A stretch of DNA of 64,000 nt, taken from assembly GCA_900547025.1 (NCBI GenBank), contig UREZ01000001.1, positions 15,287 to 79,286 on the forward strand. The letters run 5' to 3'. This DNA comes from an uncultured Collinsella sp. Its GTDB lineage: Bacteria > Actinomycetota > Coriobacteriia > Coriobacteriales > Coriobacteriaceae. Below, in pieces: positions 8,634-19,671 of the stretch. Position 1 is the stretch's first letter. The number at the start of each line of letters is the position of its first letter. Both the position numbers and the translations under genes were made by a program. The notes under the pieces are model-generated. The model saw only the letters and a program-made list of their open reading frames with translations. It did no database searches and was not told the origin of the DNA.

Positions 8634-8790
8634 AGACGAAAACCGTTTTCGTACGGAATTAAAGCAGACGTAAACGGTTTTCGTCTGTTTTACGTTCGGA
8701 AATAAGACGCAAATTGCACTTTCGTATGGTTTTACGCCAAACGCAACACGCTTTCGTCCGGCTATGCGTCCCCAATCCAGACGAAAAAGG
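8634..8790. repeat. Array of about 5 degenerate palindromes AGACGnAA..TTTCGT
   Basis: units start at 8634, 8666, 8705, 8739 and 8779 (last is a half unit); 8634-8648 and 8672-8686 form a perfect 15-bp inverted repeat. Confidence 0.55.
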
Positions 8791-8821
8791 CCCCGAGCTC
8801 GTGTGAGCTCGGGGCTCTTTG
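8784..8821. terminator. Probable bidirectional intrinsic terminator
   Basis: aaaaagg-ccccgagctc-gtgt-gagctcgggg-ctcttt. Confidence 0.75.
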
Positions 8822-8885
8822 TGCCGCACATCTATGAGAGGGAATCAATGCGCATGGGCGCTACTCCACGTAGCCGCCCTGGGAT

Positions 8886-9113
8886 GGCGGCAACCTCGTC
8901 GTTCCCCGCCTGATGGGCGTGCTCAAGGCATCCGTCCCCCTCTTTATCGACGTGACCGGCAAAAAGCTCGTCGAGGAAACTATCCGCACGCACCGCGATG
9001 TGGCCGACGCCATCGCCTCGCGCAATCCCACCGCCGCGCATGACGCGATGTATCTGCACCTGGTGTATAACCGCAACATGATTGCGGAGGGAGCAGAAGC
9101 AAAAGGCATTTAG
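8886..9113 (+). pseudogene. 3' remnant of a GntR/FadR-family regulator (FCD C-terminus)
   Basis: in-frame GNLVVPRLMGVL...THRDVADAIASRNPTAAHDAMYLHL; in-frame stop just upstream; no HTH domain. Confidence 0.7.
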
Positions 9114-9146
9114 GGCCCGACAATAATCTTTCTTTGGCAAAACGCA

Positions 9147-9187
9147 AGCAGCGGCCGCCCAACACACAGGGCAGCCGCCGCTTTTTG
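9147..9187. terminator. Intrinsic terminator between convergent genes
   Basis: aagcagcggccgccc...gggcagccgccgctttttg imperfect GC stem with T tract. Confidence 0.6.
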
Positions 9188-9212
9188 CAATCGATTGGCG
9201 CAAAGGGGTTGA

Positions 9213-11162
9213 TTAGAGCTCGCAGGCGACCTTGTAGCCATCGCCGATGGCGTCGCGGATGTTGCCGCACTTGTTGGCATCGCCCAGCACGTGGGTGGCA
9301 ATACCGGCGGCGGCAAGGTCGTCGGCCAACTTGGTATTGGGACGATAGCCCATGGCAAGCACCAGCGTATCGGCACCGGTGATGGTGTGGACCTCGCCGT
9401 CCTTTTCGTAGCTGATGGTATCCTCGGTGATTTCGGTCACCTTGGCCTCGGTCAGCACGTGGACGCCCTTGGAGAGCATGCGCGTGATGAGCACCGCGCG
9501 GCCGGCACCGCCCTCGTTGGCGGCGAGCGTCTTGGTCATCTCGATGACGGTGACATCGCGGTTGGCCGGCGACAGATCATTGACCAGCGGGGCCAAGTAG
9601 TCGGCCGTCTCGCAGCCAACGGTGCCGCCGCCCACGATGACGATCTTCTTGCCCGGGAAAGCCTTGCCACCCAGCAGGTCGTCAGCCGTCATAACCTGCT
9701 TAAAGCCCTGCATGAAGGCCGGAGCGATGGGCTCGGCGCCATAAGCCAGGACAACCTCGTAGCCCGCGTAGTCACGCTGAATGTCCTCGGCAGTAAGCTC
9801 GGTGCCAAATACGCACTTCACGCCGGCCTCGGCCAGGCGACGATACTGATACTTGATCACGCGGGTGAGTTCCTGCTTTGCCGGCGGAACGGCTGCGATA
9901 CGCATCTCGCCGCCCGGCTCGTCCTGCTTATCCACGAGCACCACGTTGTGACCGCGCTTGGCGGCAATGAACGCCGCCTCCATGCCCGCAGGACCGGCGC
10001 CCACAACCAGTACGTTCTTGGCCTCGGCGGCAGGCTCGTAACCGGCCTCGTCGCGCTCAACATCGGGGTTGACGGTGCAGGAGATGCGCTTGCCGAACAT
10101 AATGCCGTTCAGGCAGCGCAGGCAGCCAATGCAGGGGCGGATGTCGTCGGCGTTGCCGGCAGCGGCCTTGTTGCAGAACTCGGCATCGCACAGATTGGCG
10201 CGGCCCATCATGCAGATGTCGGCGGCACCGTCCTCGATCAGCTCCTCGGCGATCCAGGCCTCGTTAATGCGACCGACGGTGGCGACGGGAATGTTGACGT
10301 GCTTTTTAATCTCGCGCGAGCAGGCGGCGTGCGAGGCCTGCTGCGTACCGGCGGCGGGAATCGCAGAGCCGCGCTTGATGGTGGTGCCGCCCGACACATG
10401 AATCATGTCGACGCCGGCCTTCTCCAGGCGACGCGAGACGTAGATCATGTCGTTGAGGGTCAGGCCGCCATCGGTGTACTCGTCGCCCGAGATACGGACG
10501 TCGATGATAAAGTCCTTGCCGCAGCGCTCGCGAATCTCGGCGATAACCTCGAGCAAGAAGCGCATACGGGCGTCGAGCGAGCCGCCGTACTCATCGGTAC
10601 GCTTGTTATAGAGCGGGGTCAAAAAGCCGCCGAGCATGCCGTGGGCGTGTGCCGCATGGACCTCGACGCCATCGACACCGGCCTTCTGCATACGCACGGC
10701 AGCGTCACCGAACTGATGCGTGAGCTCGTGGATCTCATCCACCGTAATGGGGCGCGGCGCCTCGCGGGCATAGGACGGACCCACAAAGGACGGAGCGATC
10801 AGGCGCGGCGTGCCCGGAATGTTAAAGGCCATGTAGGCGGGGTGGAAGAGCTGCGGCATGATCTTGCAGCCATACTCGTGGACGGCCGCGGCGAGCTTTT
10901 CCCAGCCGGGGATAAACGTGTCGTCGTAGCAGCACATGTCACCCGGCAGATAGGTATAGGTGGGCTCGACCGTCACGACCTCGGTGATGATCAGGCCCAC
11001 GCCGCCCTTGGCGCGGGCACGGTAATGATCGACCAAGTCGTCGGTCACATAGCCATGATCGGCCAGGTTGGTGGATACCGGCGGCATAAAGACGCGGTTC
11101 TTGACCTCGGTCGTACCGACCTTGATCGGGCTAAAGAGCATTGGATAGGCAGAGGACTCCAT
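9213..11162 (-). CDS. Old Yellow Enzyme family NADH:flavin Fe-S oxidoreductase (FadH/BaiH-like architecture)
   Basis: LFSPIKVG..KNR, NKRTDEYGGS, CIGCLRC..C Fe-S motif, two Rossmann motifs (GAGPAG, GGGTVG); gaaagga RBS. Confidence 0.92.
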   Translation of the reverse strand: MESSAYPMLFSPIKVGTTEVKNRVFMPPVSTNLADHGYVTDDLVDHYRARAKGGVGLIITEVVTVEPTYTYLPGDMCCYDDTFIPGWEKLAAAVHEYGCKIMPQLFHPAYMAFNIPGTPRLIAPSFVGPSYAREAPRPITVDEIHELTHQFGDAAVRMQKAGVDGVEVHAAHAHGMLGGFLTPLYNKRTDEYGGSLDARMRFLLEVIAEIRERCGKDFIIDVRISGDEYTDGGLTLNDMIYVSRRLEKAGVDMIHVSGGTTIKRGSAIPAAGTQQASHAACSREIKKHVNIPVATVGRINEAWIAEELIEDGAADICMMGRANLCDAEFCNKAAAGNADDIRPCIGCLRCLNGIMFGKRISCTVNPDVERDEAGYEPAAEAKNVLVVGAGPAGMEAAFIAAKRGHNVVLVDKQDEPGGEMRIAAVPPAKQELTRVIKYQYRRLAEAGVKCVFGTELTAEDIQRDYAGYEVVLAYGAEPIAPAFMQGFKQVMTADDLLGGKAFPGKKIVIVGGGTVGCETADYLAPLVNDLSPANRDVTVIEMTKTLAANEGGAGRAVLITRMLSKGVHVLTEAKVTEITEDTISYEKDGEVHTITGADTLVLAMGYRPNTKLADDLAAAGIATHVLGDANKCGNIRDAIGDGYKVACEL

Positions 11163-11339
11163 GCGGAATTCCTTTCGTTTGAGCCGCTCGGCGGCAGTTG
11201 CTAACGTACCTATCGTATCAGTATCCGCCGTATCCGCACTCGCTCGCACTCCTCACCTTCAATCCCGACCCTCACAAAAAGTTGCGGTGGGATTGAGGGC
11301 CCAGACAGTCAGTCACGCCCTCATCCGCCACTCCTTCAC

Positions 11340-11930
11340 CTACAGCACGCCGTCCAGCATAAGGTTCACCTTAAGCACGTTGACCGTGGGCTCGCCGAAC
11401 ACGCCGAGGAAACGGCCCTTGGTGCACGCGGCGATGATGTCGCGCACCTCGTCCTCACTTTTGCCCGTGGCCTTGGCAAGGCGCGGGACCTGGTACTCGG
11501 CGGCATCGGGGGAGATCTCGGGGTCGAGGCCGGACCCCGAACACGTCACCAGGTCGACGGGCACAGCGTCCATATCGGCATCGGGGTTGGCGGCACGGAT
11601 CTTCTTCACGCGCGCATCAATCAGCTGCCGATACTCCTCACTCGCCGGGGACAGGTTGGACGGGGCACCATACGCCATGAGCTCGCCGTCGTCGCCTTCG
11701 ACAATTGACACGTTCTGGATACGACCCCACATGTGGGCTTCGTCATCGAAGTTCTGGCCGATGAGCTCGGAACCCACAACCTTGCCGTCGACCGTAATGA
11801 GTGAACCGTTCGCCTGATACGGGAACGCAACCTGAGCGATGCCGGTCACGACGAGCGTATAGCCCAGGCCGCAGACAACGGTAAACAGCGCGAACACGCC
11901 AAGTGCGCGCGATGCAACACCTTTGAACAT
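11340..11930 (-). CDS. kdpC: K+-transporting ATPase subunit C
   Basis: FPYQANGSL, GSELIGQ, SGSGLDPEIS, GEPTVNVLKVN. Confidence 0.95.
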   Translation of the reverse strand: MFKGVASRALGVFALFTVVCGLGYTLVVTGIAQVAFPYQANGSLITVDGKVVGSELIGQNFDDEAHMWGRIQNVSIVEGDDGELMAYGAPSNLSPASEEYRQLIDARVKKIRAANPDADMDAVPVDLVTCSGSGLDPEISPDAAEYQVPRLAKATGKSEDEVRDIIAACTKGRFLGVFGEPTVNVLKVNLMLDGVL

Positions 11931-11942
11931 ACAAACCTCCAC

Positions 11943-13997
11943 TTACATAATGCCGCAGAACGCGAGCAGCATGTCGATGAGCTTGATGAATACGAACGGA
12001 GCAACGATGCCGCCCAGACCCCACACGAGCAGGTTGTGGGTCAGCAGCTGTCCGGACGGGACCTCGCGGTACTTAACGCCCTTCAGCGCGGCCGGGATCA
12101 GCGCGACGATAACGAGCGCGTTATAGATGATGGCCGAAAGAACCGCGGACAGCGGGCTTGCCAGACCGAGGATGTTGAGCGCGCCAAGACCCGAGTAGAT
12201 CGGCGAGAACAGGGCCGGGATGATAGCGAAGTACTTCGCCACGTCGTTGGCCACCGAGAAGGTCGTGAGCGAACCGCGGGTCATGAGCAGCTGTTTGCCA
12301 ATACGCACGACCTCGATGAGCTTGGTGGGGCTGGAGTCGAGGTCGACCATGTTGCCGGCCTCCTTGGCAGCCTGGGTGCCCGTGTTCATGGCCACGGCCA
12401 CGTCGGCCTGGGCCAGAGCGGGCGCGTCGTTGGTGCCGTCGCCGGTCATGGCGACCAGGTGGCCCTCACGCTGGAACTCGCGGATCTTCTCGAGCTTGCC
12501 TTCAGGGGTGGCCTCGGCCAGGAAGTCGTCAACGCCGGCCTCGGCGGCGATTGCCGCGGCGGTGAGCTGGTTGTCGCCCGTCACCATGATGGTCTTGATG
12601 CCCATCTTGCGCAGGTCGGCGAACTTTTCCTTAACGCCGGACTTGATGATGTCCTTAAGGTACACAACGCCCAGCACGCGGCAGTTCTTGGTCACGACCA
12701 GCGGGGTGCCGCCGGCCTTGGCGATGTGCTCGACGGCCTCGTCGCACTCCTGAGAGAACACGCTGCCGGCTGCCTCCACATAAGTGCGCACGGAATCGGC
12801 AGCGCCCTTGCGGATCTCATTGCCCTCGTAGTTCACGCCGGACATACGCGTTGCCGCGGTGAACGGGATGAACTCCATACCCTTATCCTCGAGCGTGCGA
12901 CCGCGCAGACCGAACTGCTCCTTGGCGAGCACGACGATGGAACGACCCTCGGGGGTCTCGTCGGCCAGCGAGGAAAGCTGGGCGGCATCGGCCAGCTCCG
13001 CGGGATCGACGCCATCGACCGGGATGAACTCGGCGGCTTGGCGGTTACCCAGGGTGATGGTGCCGGTCTTGTCGAGCATGAGGATGTCGACGTCGCCGGC
13101 GGCCTCGATGGCGCGGCCGGACATGGCCAGCACGTTGGCCTCGTTCAGACGGCTCATGCCGGCGATGCCGATGGCGGACAGAAGGGCGCCGATGGTAGTG
13201 GGAGCCAGGCACACGAGCAGTGCCACGAGCGTGGTCACGGCCGTGGGGTTGACCATGTCGTTAAGACCGGCCGAGAAGCAGGAGTAACAATACAGGGCCA
13301 GCGTGACCAGGATAAAGACGATGGAGAGGGCCACCAGGAAGATCTCCAGAGCGATCTCGTTAGGGGTCTTCTTGCGCGCGGCACCCTCGACCATCGCGAT
13401 CATCTTGTCCAGAAAGCTCTGGCCGGGCTCACTGGAGATCTTGACGATGATCCAGTCGGACAGCACCGTGGTACCGCCGGTAACGGCAGAGCGGTCGCCG
13501 CCGGCCTCGCGGACCACGGGGGCGGACTCGCCGGTGATGGCGGACTCGTCAACGGAGGCAGCGCCCTCGATGACGTCGCCGTCGCCGGGAATCTGCTCGC
13601 CGGCGCGTACGATCACCAGGTCGCCGCGCGTGAGCTCGGTGCCGGGAACGACGGTGAAGTGCTCCTTGTCCTCAACGGACTCGATGCGATGGGCCTCGAC
13701 ATCCTTCTTGGCCGCACGCAGGGAATCGGCCTGGGCCTTACCGCGGCCCTCGGCAAGCGCCTCGGCGAAGTTCGAGAACAGGTCGGTGAGCCACAAGATG
13801 ACCGCGATGGCGACCACATAGTAAGTGGGCACACCCGCGTCCTGCACACCGAAAATGGAAGCGACGGCCAGGACGGAGGTCATGACGGCGGAAAGCCACA
13901 CTAGGAACATGACCGGGTTTTGAATCTGGACGCGAGGATCCAGCTTGGCAAACGAGTCGCGGACCGCGCGGCCCATCATGTCTTTTTGCATAGTCAT
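11943..13997 (-). CDS. kdpB: K+-transporting ATPase subunit B
   Basis: [38 protein letters not shown]. Confidence 0.97.
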   Translation of the reverse strand: MTMQKDMMGRAVRDSFAKLDPRVQIQNPVMFLVWLSAVMTSVLAVASIFGVQDAGVPTYYVVAIAVILWLTDLFSNFAEALAEGRGKAQADSLRAAKKDVEAHRIESVEDKEHFTVVPGTELTRGDLVIVRAGEQIPGDGDVIEGAASVDESAITGESAPVVREAGGDRSAVTGGTTVLSDWIIVKISSEPGQSFLDKMIAMVEGAARKKTPNEIALEIFLVALSIVFILVTLALYCYSCFSAGLNDMVNPTAVTTLVALLVCLAPTTIGALLSAIGIAGMSRLNEANVLAMSGRAIEAAGDVDILMLDKTGTITLGNRQAAEFIPVDGVDPAELADAAQLSSLADETPEGRSIVVLAKEQFGLRGRTLEDKGMEFIPFTAATRMSGVNYEGNEIRKGAADSVRTYVEAAGSVFSQECDEAVEHIAKAGGTPLVVTKNCRVLGVVYLKDIIKSGVKEKFADLRKMGIKTIMVTGDNQLTAAAIAAEAGVDDFLAEATPEGKLEKIREFQREGHLVAMTGDGTNDAPALAQADVAVAMNTGTQAAKEAGNMVDLDSSPTKLIEVVRIGKQLLMTRGSLTTFSVANDVAKYFAIIPALFSPIYSGLGALNILGLASPLSAVLSAIIYNALVIVALIPAALKGVKYREVPSGQLLTHNLLVWGLGGIVAPFVFIKLIDMLLAFCGIM

Positions 13998-14013
13998 AAA
14001 TCTGCGCCCTCCT

Positions 14014-15837
14014 TTACGCAATCATCTGGAAGAACTCGGCAACGGGGCCAAGCGCCAGGGCCGGGAAGAAGCTCAGGGCACCGATCAGCAGAACGATGAA
14101 CACGAGCAGGAATACGAACATGCCGTTGGTGGTAGACAGGGTACCGGCGCTCTCGGCGACCTTACCCTTCTTGGCCAGCGAGCCGGCGATAGCCAGCGTA
14201 CCGATGATGGGCATGAAGCGGGCGAACAGCATCTCGAGGCCGAGCATCACGTTGATCCAGGGAATGTTGCAGTTCATGCCTGCAAACGCCGAGCCGTTGT
14301 TGCCGCCGCATGAGGTGAAGGCATACAGCACCTCGGAGAAGCCGTGCGCGCCACCATTGTTGAGCTGGTCGGCAAGACCGGGCACCATGCAGGCGATGGC
14401 CGAGCACACCAGAATGGCAAACGGAGTTGCCAAGCACAGGACAACTGCCCAGCGCATCTCGCCCGGCTCGATCTTCTTGTCCAGGAACTCAGGCGTGCGT
14501 CCGACCATGAGGCCGGCGATGAACACTGTGAGGATGGCGAAGCCGATCATGCCGTACAGGCCGCAGCCCACGCCGCCGAAGACGACCTCGCCCAGAGCCA
14601 TCTGGAGCATCTGGACAAAACCGCCCAGCGGGGTATAGGAGTCGTGCATGGAGTTAACCGAGCCATTGGAAGCAGCCGTCGTGAAAGCGGACCAGGTGGA
14701 AGAGGAGGCGATGCCAAAGCGGCTCTCCTTGCCCTCCATGTTGCCGCCGGCCTGGCCGTCGGTCATCTCGATATTGACCGCTCCGCCATCGGCCAGCTGC
14801 GGGGTGCCCGCATGCTCGTTGGCGGCGATGATGCCGGTGAAGATCACCAGCAGGATAAGCATCGCCGCGAAGATGGCCTTGCCCTGCTTGGTGTTCTTGA
14901 CGCCGATACCGAAGGTGAAGCAACAGGCGGCCGGGATCAGCAGCAGGCTGGTCATCTCGATGATGTTGGTGAAGGCACTGGGGTTCTCATACGGATGGGC
15001 GGAGTTCACGCCGAAGAAGCCGCCGCCGTTGGTGCCGGACTGCTTGATGGCGACCTGAGGAGCCGCGGGACCCTGGGGCAGGAACTGCTCGGTGACCACG
15101 CGCGCGCCCTCGACAACCTTGCCGTCGACCTTGACCGTGTCGCCCTCGATCTGGGCGCCGTCGATGACGCTCCAGCCGCCGTCTGCATTAGGCTGAACAG
15201 CGACGGGCTCTACGAGCTCAGCCTTCTGAGCCGGCTGGAAGTTGGAGATGACGCCACCGGCAGCCAGGCAGATGCCGAACACAAGGTTCAGCGGGATGAG
15301 CACATACAGGACGGTGCGGGTGAGGTCGACCCAGAAGGAACCCAGACCCTGCTCCTTGACCTGACGGAAGCCGCGGATGAGCGCGAACATGACCGCGATA
15401 CCGGTGCCAGCGGAAACGAAGTTCTGCACGGTGAGACCCATGAACTGCACAAGGTAGGACAGGGTGGTCTCACCGGAGTAGGACTGCCAGTTGGTGTTGG
15501 TTATGAAGGAAGCAGCCGTATTGAACGACAGGTCCCATGACACACCCGGCAGGTGCTGGGGATTGCCTGGCAAGAAGGACTGAAGCGCCTGGAGTGCCAC
15601 AAGAGTCACGAGGCCGATCCCCGAAAAGACCAGCACGCTCGCCAAATAGCGCCTACACCCCATCTGCTCTGCCACGTCGATGCGAAGCAGACGATAGACG
15701 CCACGCTCCACAGGAGCAATCACAGGCGACAGGAACGTATGCTCACCATCCATGATATGGGCCATGAACCGACCGAGCGGAACGGCCAGGACGACGAGCA
15801 CGGCAAAGTACAAGATGTACTGAATCGCAGCCTCCAT
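14014..15837 (-). CDS. kdpA: K+-transporting ATPase subunit A
   Basis: [23 protein letters not shown] and NNGSAF filter motifs. Confidence 0.97.
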   Translation of the reverse strand: MEAAIQYILYFAVLVVLAVPLGRFMAHIMDGEHTFLSPVIAPVERGVYRLLRIDVAEQMGCRRYLASVLVFSGIGLVTLVALQALQSFLPGNPQHLPGVSWDLSFNTAASFITNTNWQSYSGETTLSYLVQFMGLTVQNFVSAGTGIAVMFALIRGFRQVKEQGLGSFWVDLTRTVLYVLIPLNLVFGICLAAGGVISNFQPAQKAELVEPVAVQPNADGGWSVIDGAQIEGDTVKVDGKVVEGARVVTEQFLPQGPAAPQVAIKQSGTNGGGFFGVNSAHPYENPSAFTNIIEMTSLLLIPAACCFTFGIGVKNTKQGKAIFAAMLILLVIFTGIIAANEHAGTPQLADGGAVNIEMTDGQAGGNMEGKESRFGIASSSTWSAFTTAASNGSVNSMHDSYTPLGGFVQMLQMALGEVVFGGVGCGLYGMIGFAILTVFIAGLMVGRTPEFLDKKIEPGEMRWAVVLCLATPFAILVCSAIACMVPGLADQLNNGGAHGFSEVLYAFTSCGGNNGSAFAGMNCNIPWINVMLGLEMLFARFMPIIGTLAIAGSLAKKGKVAESAGTLSTTNGMFVFLLVFIVLLIGALSFFPALALGPVAEFFQMIA

Positions 15838-15840
15838 AGT

Positions 15841-15927
15841 TTACGAATCACTCCTCATCAGAATGTAGATGTAATAGATAAAGAGTCCAATGCAGACAAC
15901 TCCGATGATGGGAATGAGGATGTCCAT
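15841..15927 (-). CDS. kdpF: KdpF-like small membrane peptide, 28 aa (not in ORF track)
   Basis: MDILIPIIGVVCIGLFIYYIYILMRSDS*; aaagggg RBS; ends 3 nt before the kdpA start. Confidence 0.8.
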   Translation of the reverse strand: MDILIPIIGVVCIGLFIYYIYILMRSDS

Positions 15928-16040
15928 TTACCGCCCCTTTCACGCGCGGTCCGATGTCTCGGACGCCTGCTCTCGCAAGCGTCTGGGGACAGTAAACGCT
16001 TCTAGGGATTAAAGAGGCGTGAGGGCCGGGGCTCACGTCC

Positions 16041-16060
16041 TTAAGATGCCGTAAAGATGC
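16041..16060 (-). promoter_or_regulatory. Putative KdpE-binding direct repeat
   Basis: minus strand gcatcttta-cg-gcatcttaa; 11-bp period typical of OmpR-family sites; upstream of kdpF. Confidence 0.5.
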
Positions 16061-16171
16061 AGGTAGAAAGCACTATTGCGGCTGCAGTGCGCCTATACTC
16101 GACCTCGCGAGCATACAGTGGCGTCCTCACCGCGTATGCACGCATGGACAACGCTTCAGAAAGGCTACGTT

Positions 16172-18907
16172 ATGCAGCGCGACGCATCGGACACTCGCGT
16201 CAATCCAGACCTCATCCTCAAGGCAATTGAGAAAGACGAGGTCGCCGATGACGCTCGAACCAGCCGGGGACACCTCAAGATTTTCTTTGGCTACGCTGCT
16301 GGCGCGGGCAAAACCTATGCGATGCTTCAAGCCGCCCACGCCGCCAAGCGGCGAGGTGTCGACGTCGTCGCGGGATACATCGAGCCGCACGAACGTCCGG
16401 CAACTGCCCATCTTGCACAAGGGCTTGAGAACGTGCCCTGTAAACTCATCGAACACAACGGCATTACGCTCAACGAGTTCGATCTAGATGCGGCTATCGA
16501 ACGCGCCCCTCAGCTCATCCTTGTCGACGAGCTCGCCCATACGAATGCGCCGGGGTCTCGCCACGGCAAACGCTATCAAGACGTCGAGGAACTTCTACAT
16601 GCGGGCATCGACGTCTATACGACCGTGAACGTTCAGCATATCGAGAGCCTAAACGACATGGTTGCATCCATCACCGGCGTTGTCGTGAGCGAACGAATCC
16701 CCGACCGTATCTTCGATGATGCCGACCAGGTCGAGCTCGTCGACATAGAGCCCGAAGACCTACTTGAGCGCCTTCGCGCCGGCCTCGTCTACCGTCCCGC
16801 ACAAGCCGACCGAGCGCAACAGCATTTTTTTACCGTCGAGAACCTCACCGCACTCCGAGAAATCGCGCTGCGCCGCTGCGCCGATCGCACCGGCCACCTC
16901 ACAGACGCCGCACGCGTGCTGGGAAACCGTGACTACTACACCAAGGAGCGTATCTTAGTCTGTGTCTCCCCGGCGCCGACCAATCCCCGCATCGTCCGTG
17001 CCGCCGCACGCATGGCGAAAGCGTTTCGCAGCGAGCTCGTCGCCCTGTTCGTAGAGAGCCCGCGCACGCAAGCCATGAGCGATGATGAGCGCGCCAAGCT
17101 TGCAGCCAATATCGCCCTAGCCGAGCAGCTCGGAGCACATATGGAAACCGTCTATGGCGACGACGTCGCGTTTCAGATCTCCGAGTTCGCGCGCCTGTCG
17201 GGTATTTCGAAGATCGTCATGGGGCGCACGGGCGAGCGCAGCAGCGTCCGTCAGACCCTCTTCGGCCGCAAATCTCTCGTAGAACAGCTCATAACATTCG
17301 CCCCGAACCTCGACATTTACATCATTCCAGACCAGTCGACTCCGCCCTCCCGGCCCAAAGGACGCCGCCGTGCGCTCTCCCTGCAGCCGCCCAGCAGCCG
17401 AAACGTACTTCGCACGCTGGCCCTCTCTCTTGTCGCCACGGCAATCGGCACGGCTTTTCGCCATCTGGGATTTGCCGATTCCAGCATCATATCCCTCTAT
17501 ATCCTCACGGCCCTGTTGACCGCCGTCACCACGACGGGGCGTATCTGCACGATCGTATCGAGCGTGCTCTCTGTAGTGCTTTACAACTTCTGCTTCGTCA
17601 CGCCTCTGTTTTCGCTCGCCAGCTACGACCGAAGCTATCTGGTCACGTTCGGCATCATGTTCGCTACCGCTATGGTCGCCGGCGAGTTAACTGCGCGCAT
17701 CGCCGACAACGCCCGTACCTCCGCCGAGAACGCATTCAAAACGCGCGTACTCCTCGAAACGAACCAGCTCTTGCAGCAAGCCCATAGCGCGGAGGAGTGC
17801 GCCCGCGTCGCCATGAACCAACTCATCAAACTGCTAAAACTCGACGTGGTCTTCTACACCGCCGAACACGGCACGCTCGGCAAGACGCTCTATGAGTCCG
17901 CTGGCACCGAAAACCGATCCGCAACGCTGCTCACCGACTACGAGCGCGCCGTTGCAACCTGGACCTATACCAACAACAAGCGCGCGGGCGCAAGCACGCG
18001 GACCCTGCCTGAGGCGCGCTGTCTCTACCTCGCGGTTCGCACCGGCGACAAGGTATTCGGTGTCATCGGCATCGACCTGGAGGGGCGCGAGATCGAAGCC
18101 TTCGAGCATTCGATCGTCCTATCTATCGTAGGTGAATGCGCCTTGGCGCTCGAAAGCGACCGGGCGGCGCAAGAGCGCGAAGAGGCTGCGGTCTTGGCGA
18201 AAAACGAGCAGCTGCGCGCCAACCTTTTGCGCTCCATCGGCCACGATTTGAGGACACCCCTCACGGCTATATCCGGATCTGCGGCAATCCTTCGGAAGAG
18301 CGACGAGAAGCTCAGCCTCGAACAACGCTGCGATCTTGCCGATGCCATCTACGACGACTCCCTCTGGCTTATCGATACCGTGGAGAACCTCCTCGCCATT
18401 ACACGCGTCGAGGACGGCACCATTCGCCTCAACTTAACATCCGAGCTCATCGACGAGGTCATCGAGGCCGCCCTCAGCCATGTCGCCCAAGCATCGCATG
18501 GACGTACCGTCACCATCGAACACACTGACGACATCCTGCTGGTACGCATCGACGTCCATCTCATCATGCAGGTGCTTACGAATCTCATCATGAACGCCTT
18601 CAAATACACGCCCGAGGACTCGACTGTCACCATCAGCGCACGTCGCGAGGGTGCGTTCGTCGTGGTGGACGTCGCAGACGATGGGCCGGGTGTGGCAGAC
18701 TGCGACAAGCCTCATATCTTTGAGCGTTTCTTCACCTCAAGCAATACGCAGCCCGTGGATTCGCGTCGAAGCATCGGCCTTGGGCTGTCGCTCTGCCGCT
18801 CCATCGTGGAGGCGCATGGCGGCGTCATCGAAGTTCGCGACAACCACCCCCATGGGGCCGTCTTCCGTTTTACCCTGCCCGCCGAGGAGATCGAGATTCA
18901 TGAATAA
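16172..18907 (+). CDS. kdpD: Sensor histidine kinase KdpD
   Basis: GHLKIFFGYAAGAGKT, VDELAHTN, Usp domain, 4 TM, GHDLRTPLT, GLGLSLC. Confidence 0.97.
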   Translation: MQRDASDTRVNPDLILKAIEKDEVADDARTSRGHLKIFFGYAAGAGKTYAMLQAAHAAKRRGVDVVAGYIEPHERPATAHLAQGLENVPCKLIEHNGITLNEFDLDAAIERAPQLILVDELAHTNAPGSRHGKRYQDVEELLHAGIDVYTTVNVQHIESLNDMVASITGVVVSERIPDRIFDDADQVELVDIEPEDLLERLRAGLVYRPAQADRAQQHFFTVENLTALREIALRRCADRTGHLTDAARVLGNRDYYTKERILVCVSPAPTNPRIVRAAARMAKAFRSELVALFVESPRTQAMSDDERAKLAANIALAEQLGAHMETVYGDDVAFQISEFARLSGISKIVMGRTGERSSVRQTLFGRKSLVEQLITFAPNLDIYIIPDQSTPPSRPKGRRRALSLQPPSSRNVLRTLALSLVATAIGTAFRHLGFADSSIISLYILTALLTAVTTTGRICTIVSSVLSVVLYNFCFVTPLFSLASYDRSYLVTFGIMFATAMVAGELTARIADNARTSAENAFKTRVLLETNQLLQQAHSAEECARVAMNQLIKLLKLDVVFYTAEHGTLGKTLYESAGTENRSATLLTDYERAVATWTYTNNKRAGASTRTLPEARCLYLAVRTGDKVFGVIGIDLEGREIEAFEHSIVLSIVGECALALESDRAAQEREEAAVLAKNEQLRANLLRSIGHDLRTPLTAISGSAAILRKSDEKLSLEQRCDLADAIYDDSLWLIDTVENLLAITRVEDGTIRLNLTSELIDEVIEAALSHVAQASHGRTVTIEHTDDILLVRIDVHLIMQVLTNLIMNAFKYTPEDSTVTISARREGAFVVVDVADDGPGVADCDKPHIFERFFTSSNTQPVDSRRSIGLGLSLCRSIVEAHGGVIEVRDNHPHGAVFRFTLPAEEIEIHE

Positions 18908-19604
18908 TGCCGCTAAGTCACGCATCCTCCTGGTCGAAGATGACCTGACCGTTCAAAACCTCGTTTCGACCGCGCTTGACCTCCACGGCTATGTCGTGAG
19001 CAAGGTTTGCAACGGCCAGGCCGCCATCATGGATGCGGTGTCGCACGGCCCCAGCCTCATCATGCTCGACCTCGGCCTTCCCGACATTGACGGTATCGAG
19101 GTCATCACGAAGATCCGAAGCTGGTCGGCAGTCCCCATTATCGTCATTTCGGCGCGCACCGAAGATTCCGACAAGATTGCAGCACTTGACGAAGGGGCAG
19201 ACGACTACCTCACCAAGCCCTTTTCTGTAGATGAATTGCTCGCGCGCGTACGTGCGAATTTGAGGCGCTCCTCGATGGCGTCGAGCGAGTCGACAGAAGC
19301 GAGCACGTTCGACAACGGTCCGCTGCATATCGACTACGCCGCGGGATACGCGACGAAAGACGGACGCGAGCTCTCGCTCACCCCAACCGAATACAAATTG
19401 CTCGTCCTTCTGGCGAAAAACGTCGACAAGGTGCTCACCCACACCTTCATCACCCGCGAGATATGGGGCACGAGCTGGGACAGCGATCTGGCGAGCCTGC
19501 GCGTGTTCATGCGCACCCTGCGCAAGAAGATCGAGGCAGACCCCTCTCACCCCAAGATGATTCAGACGCACATGGGTGTCGGGTACCGCATGCAGCGTCT
19601 CTAG
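18900..19604 (+). CDS. kdpE: Response regulator KdpE
   Basis: LDLGLPDIDG, GADDYLTKPF, LRVFMRTLRKKIEADPSHP; overlaps the kdpD stop. Confidence 0.95.
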   Translation: MNNAAKSRILLVEDDLTVQNLVSTALDLHGYVVSKVCNGQAAIMDAVSHGPSLIMLDLGLPDIDGIEVITKIRSWSAVPIIVISARTEDSDKIAALDEGADDYLTKPFSVDELLARVRANLRRSSMASSESTEASTFDNGPLHIDYAAGYATKDGRELSLTPTEYKLLVLLAKNVDKVLTHTFITREIWGTSWDSDLASLRVFMRTLRKKIEADPSHPKMIQTHMGVGYRMQRL

Positions 19605-19671
19605 CCCGCCCAACAAATAGTGAAAAACGCCCCGCGAACGGATGCTCGCGAGGCGCTTAGATGTCTGGGGC

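Noticed and set aside
9213..11162. Calling the OYE gene bilR, baiCD or baiH
   Set aside because: No HGDR motif and no bil or bai operon context.
15928..16171. c-di-AMP (ydaO) riboswitch before kdp
   Set aside because: I could not identify its conserved motifs; an Rfam scan would be decisive.
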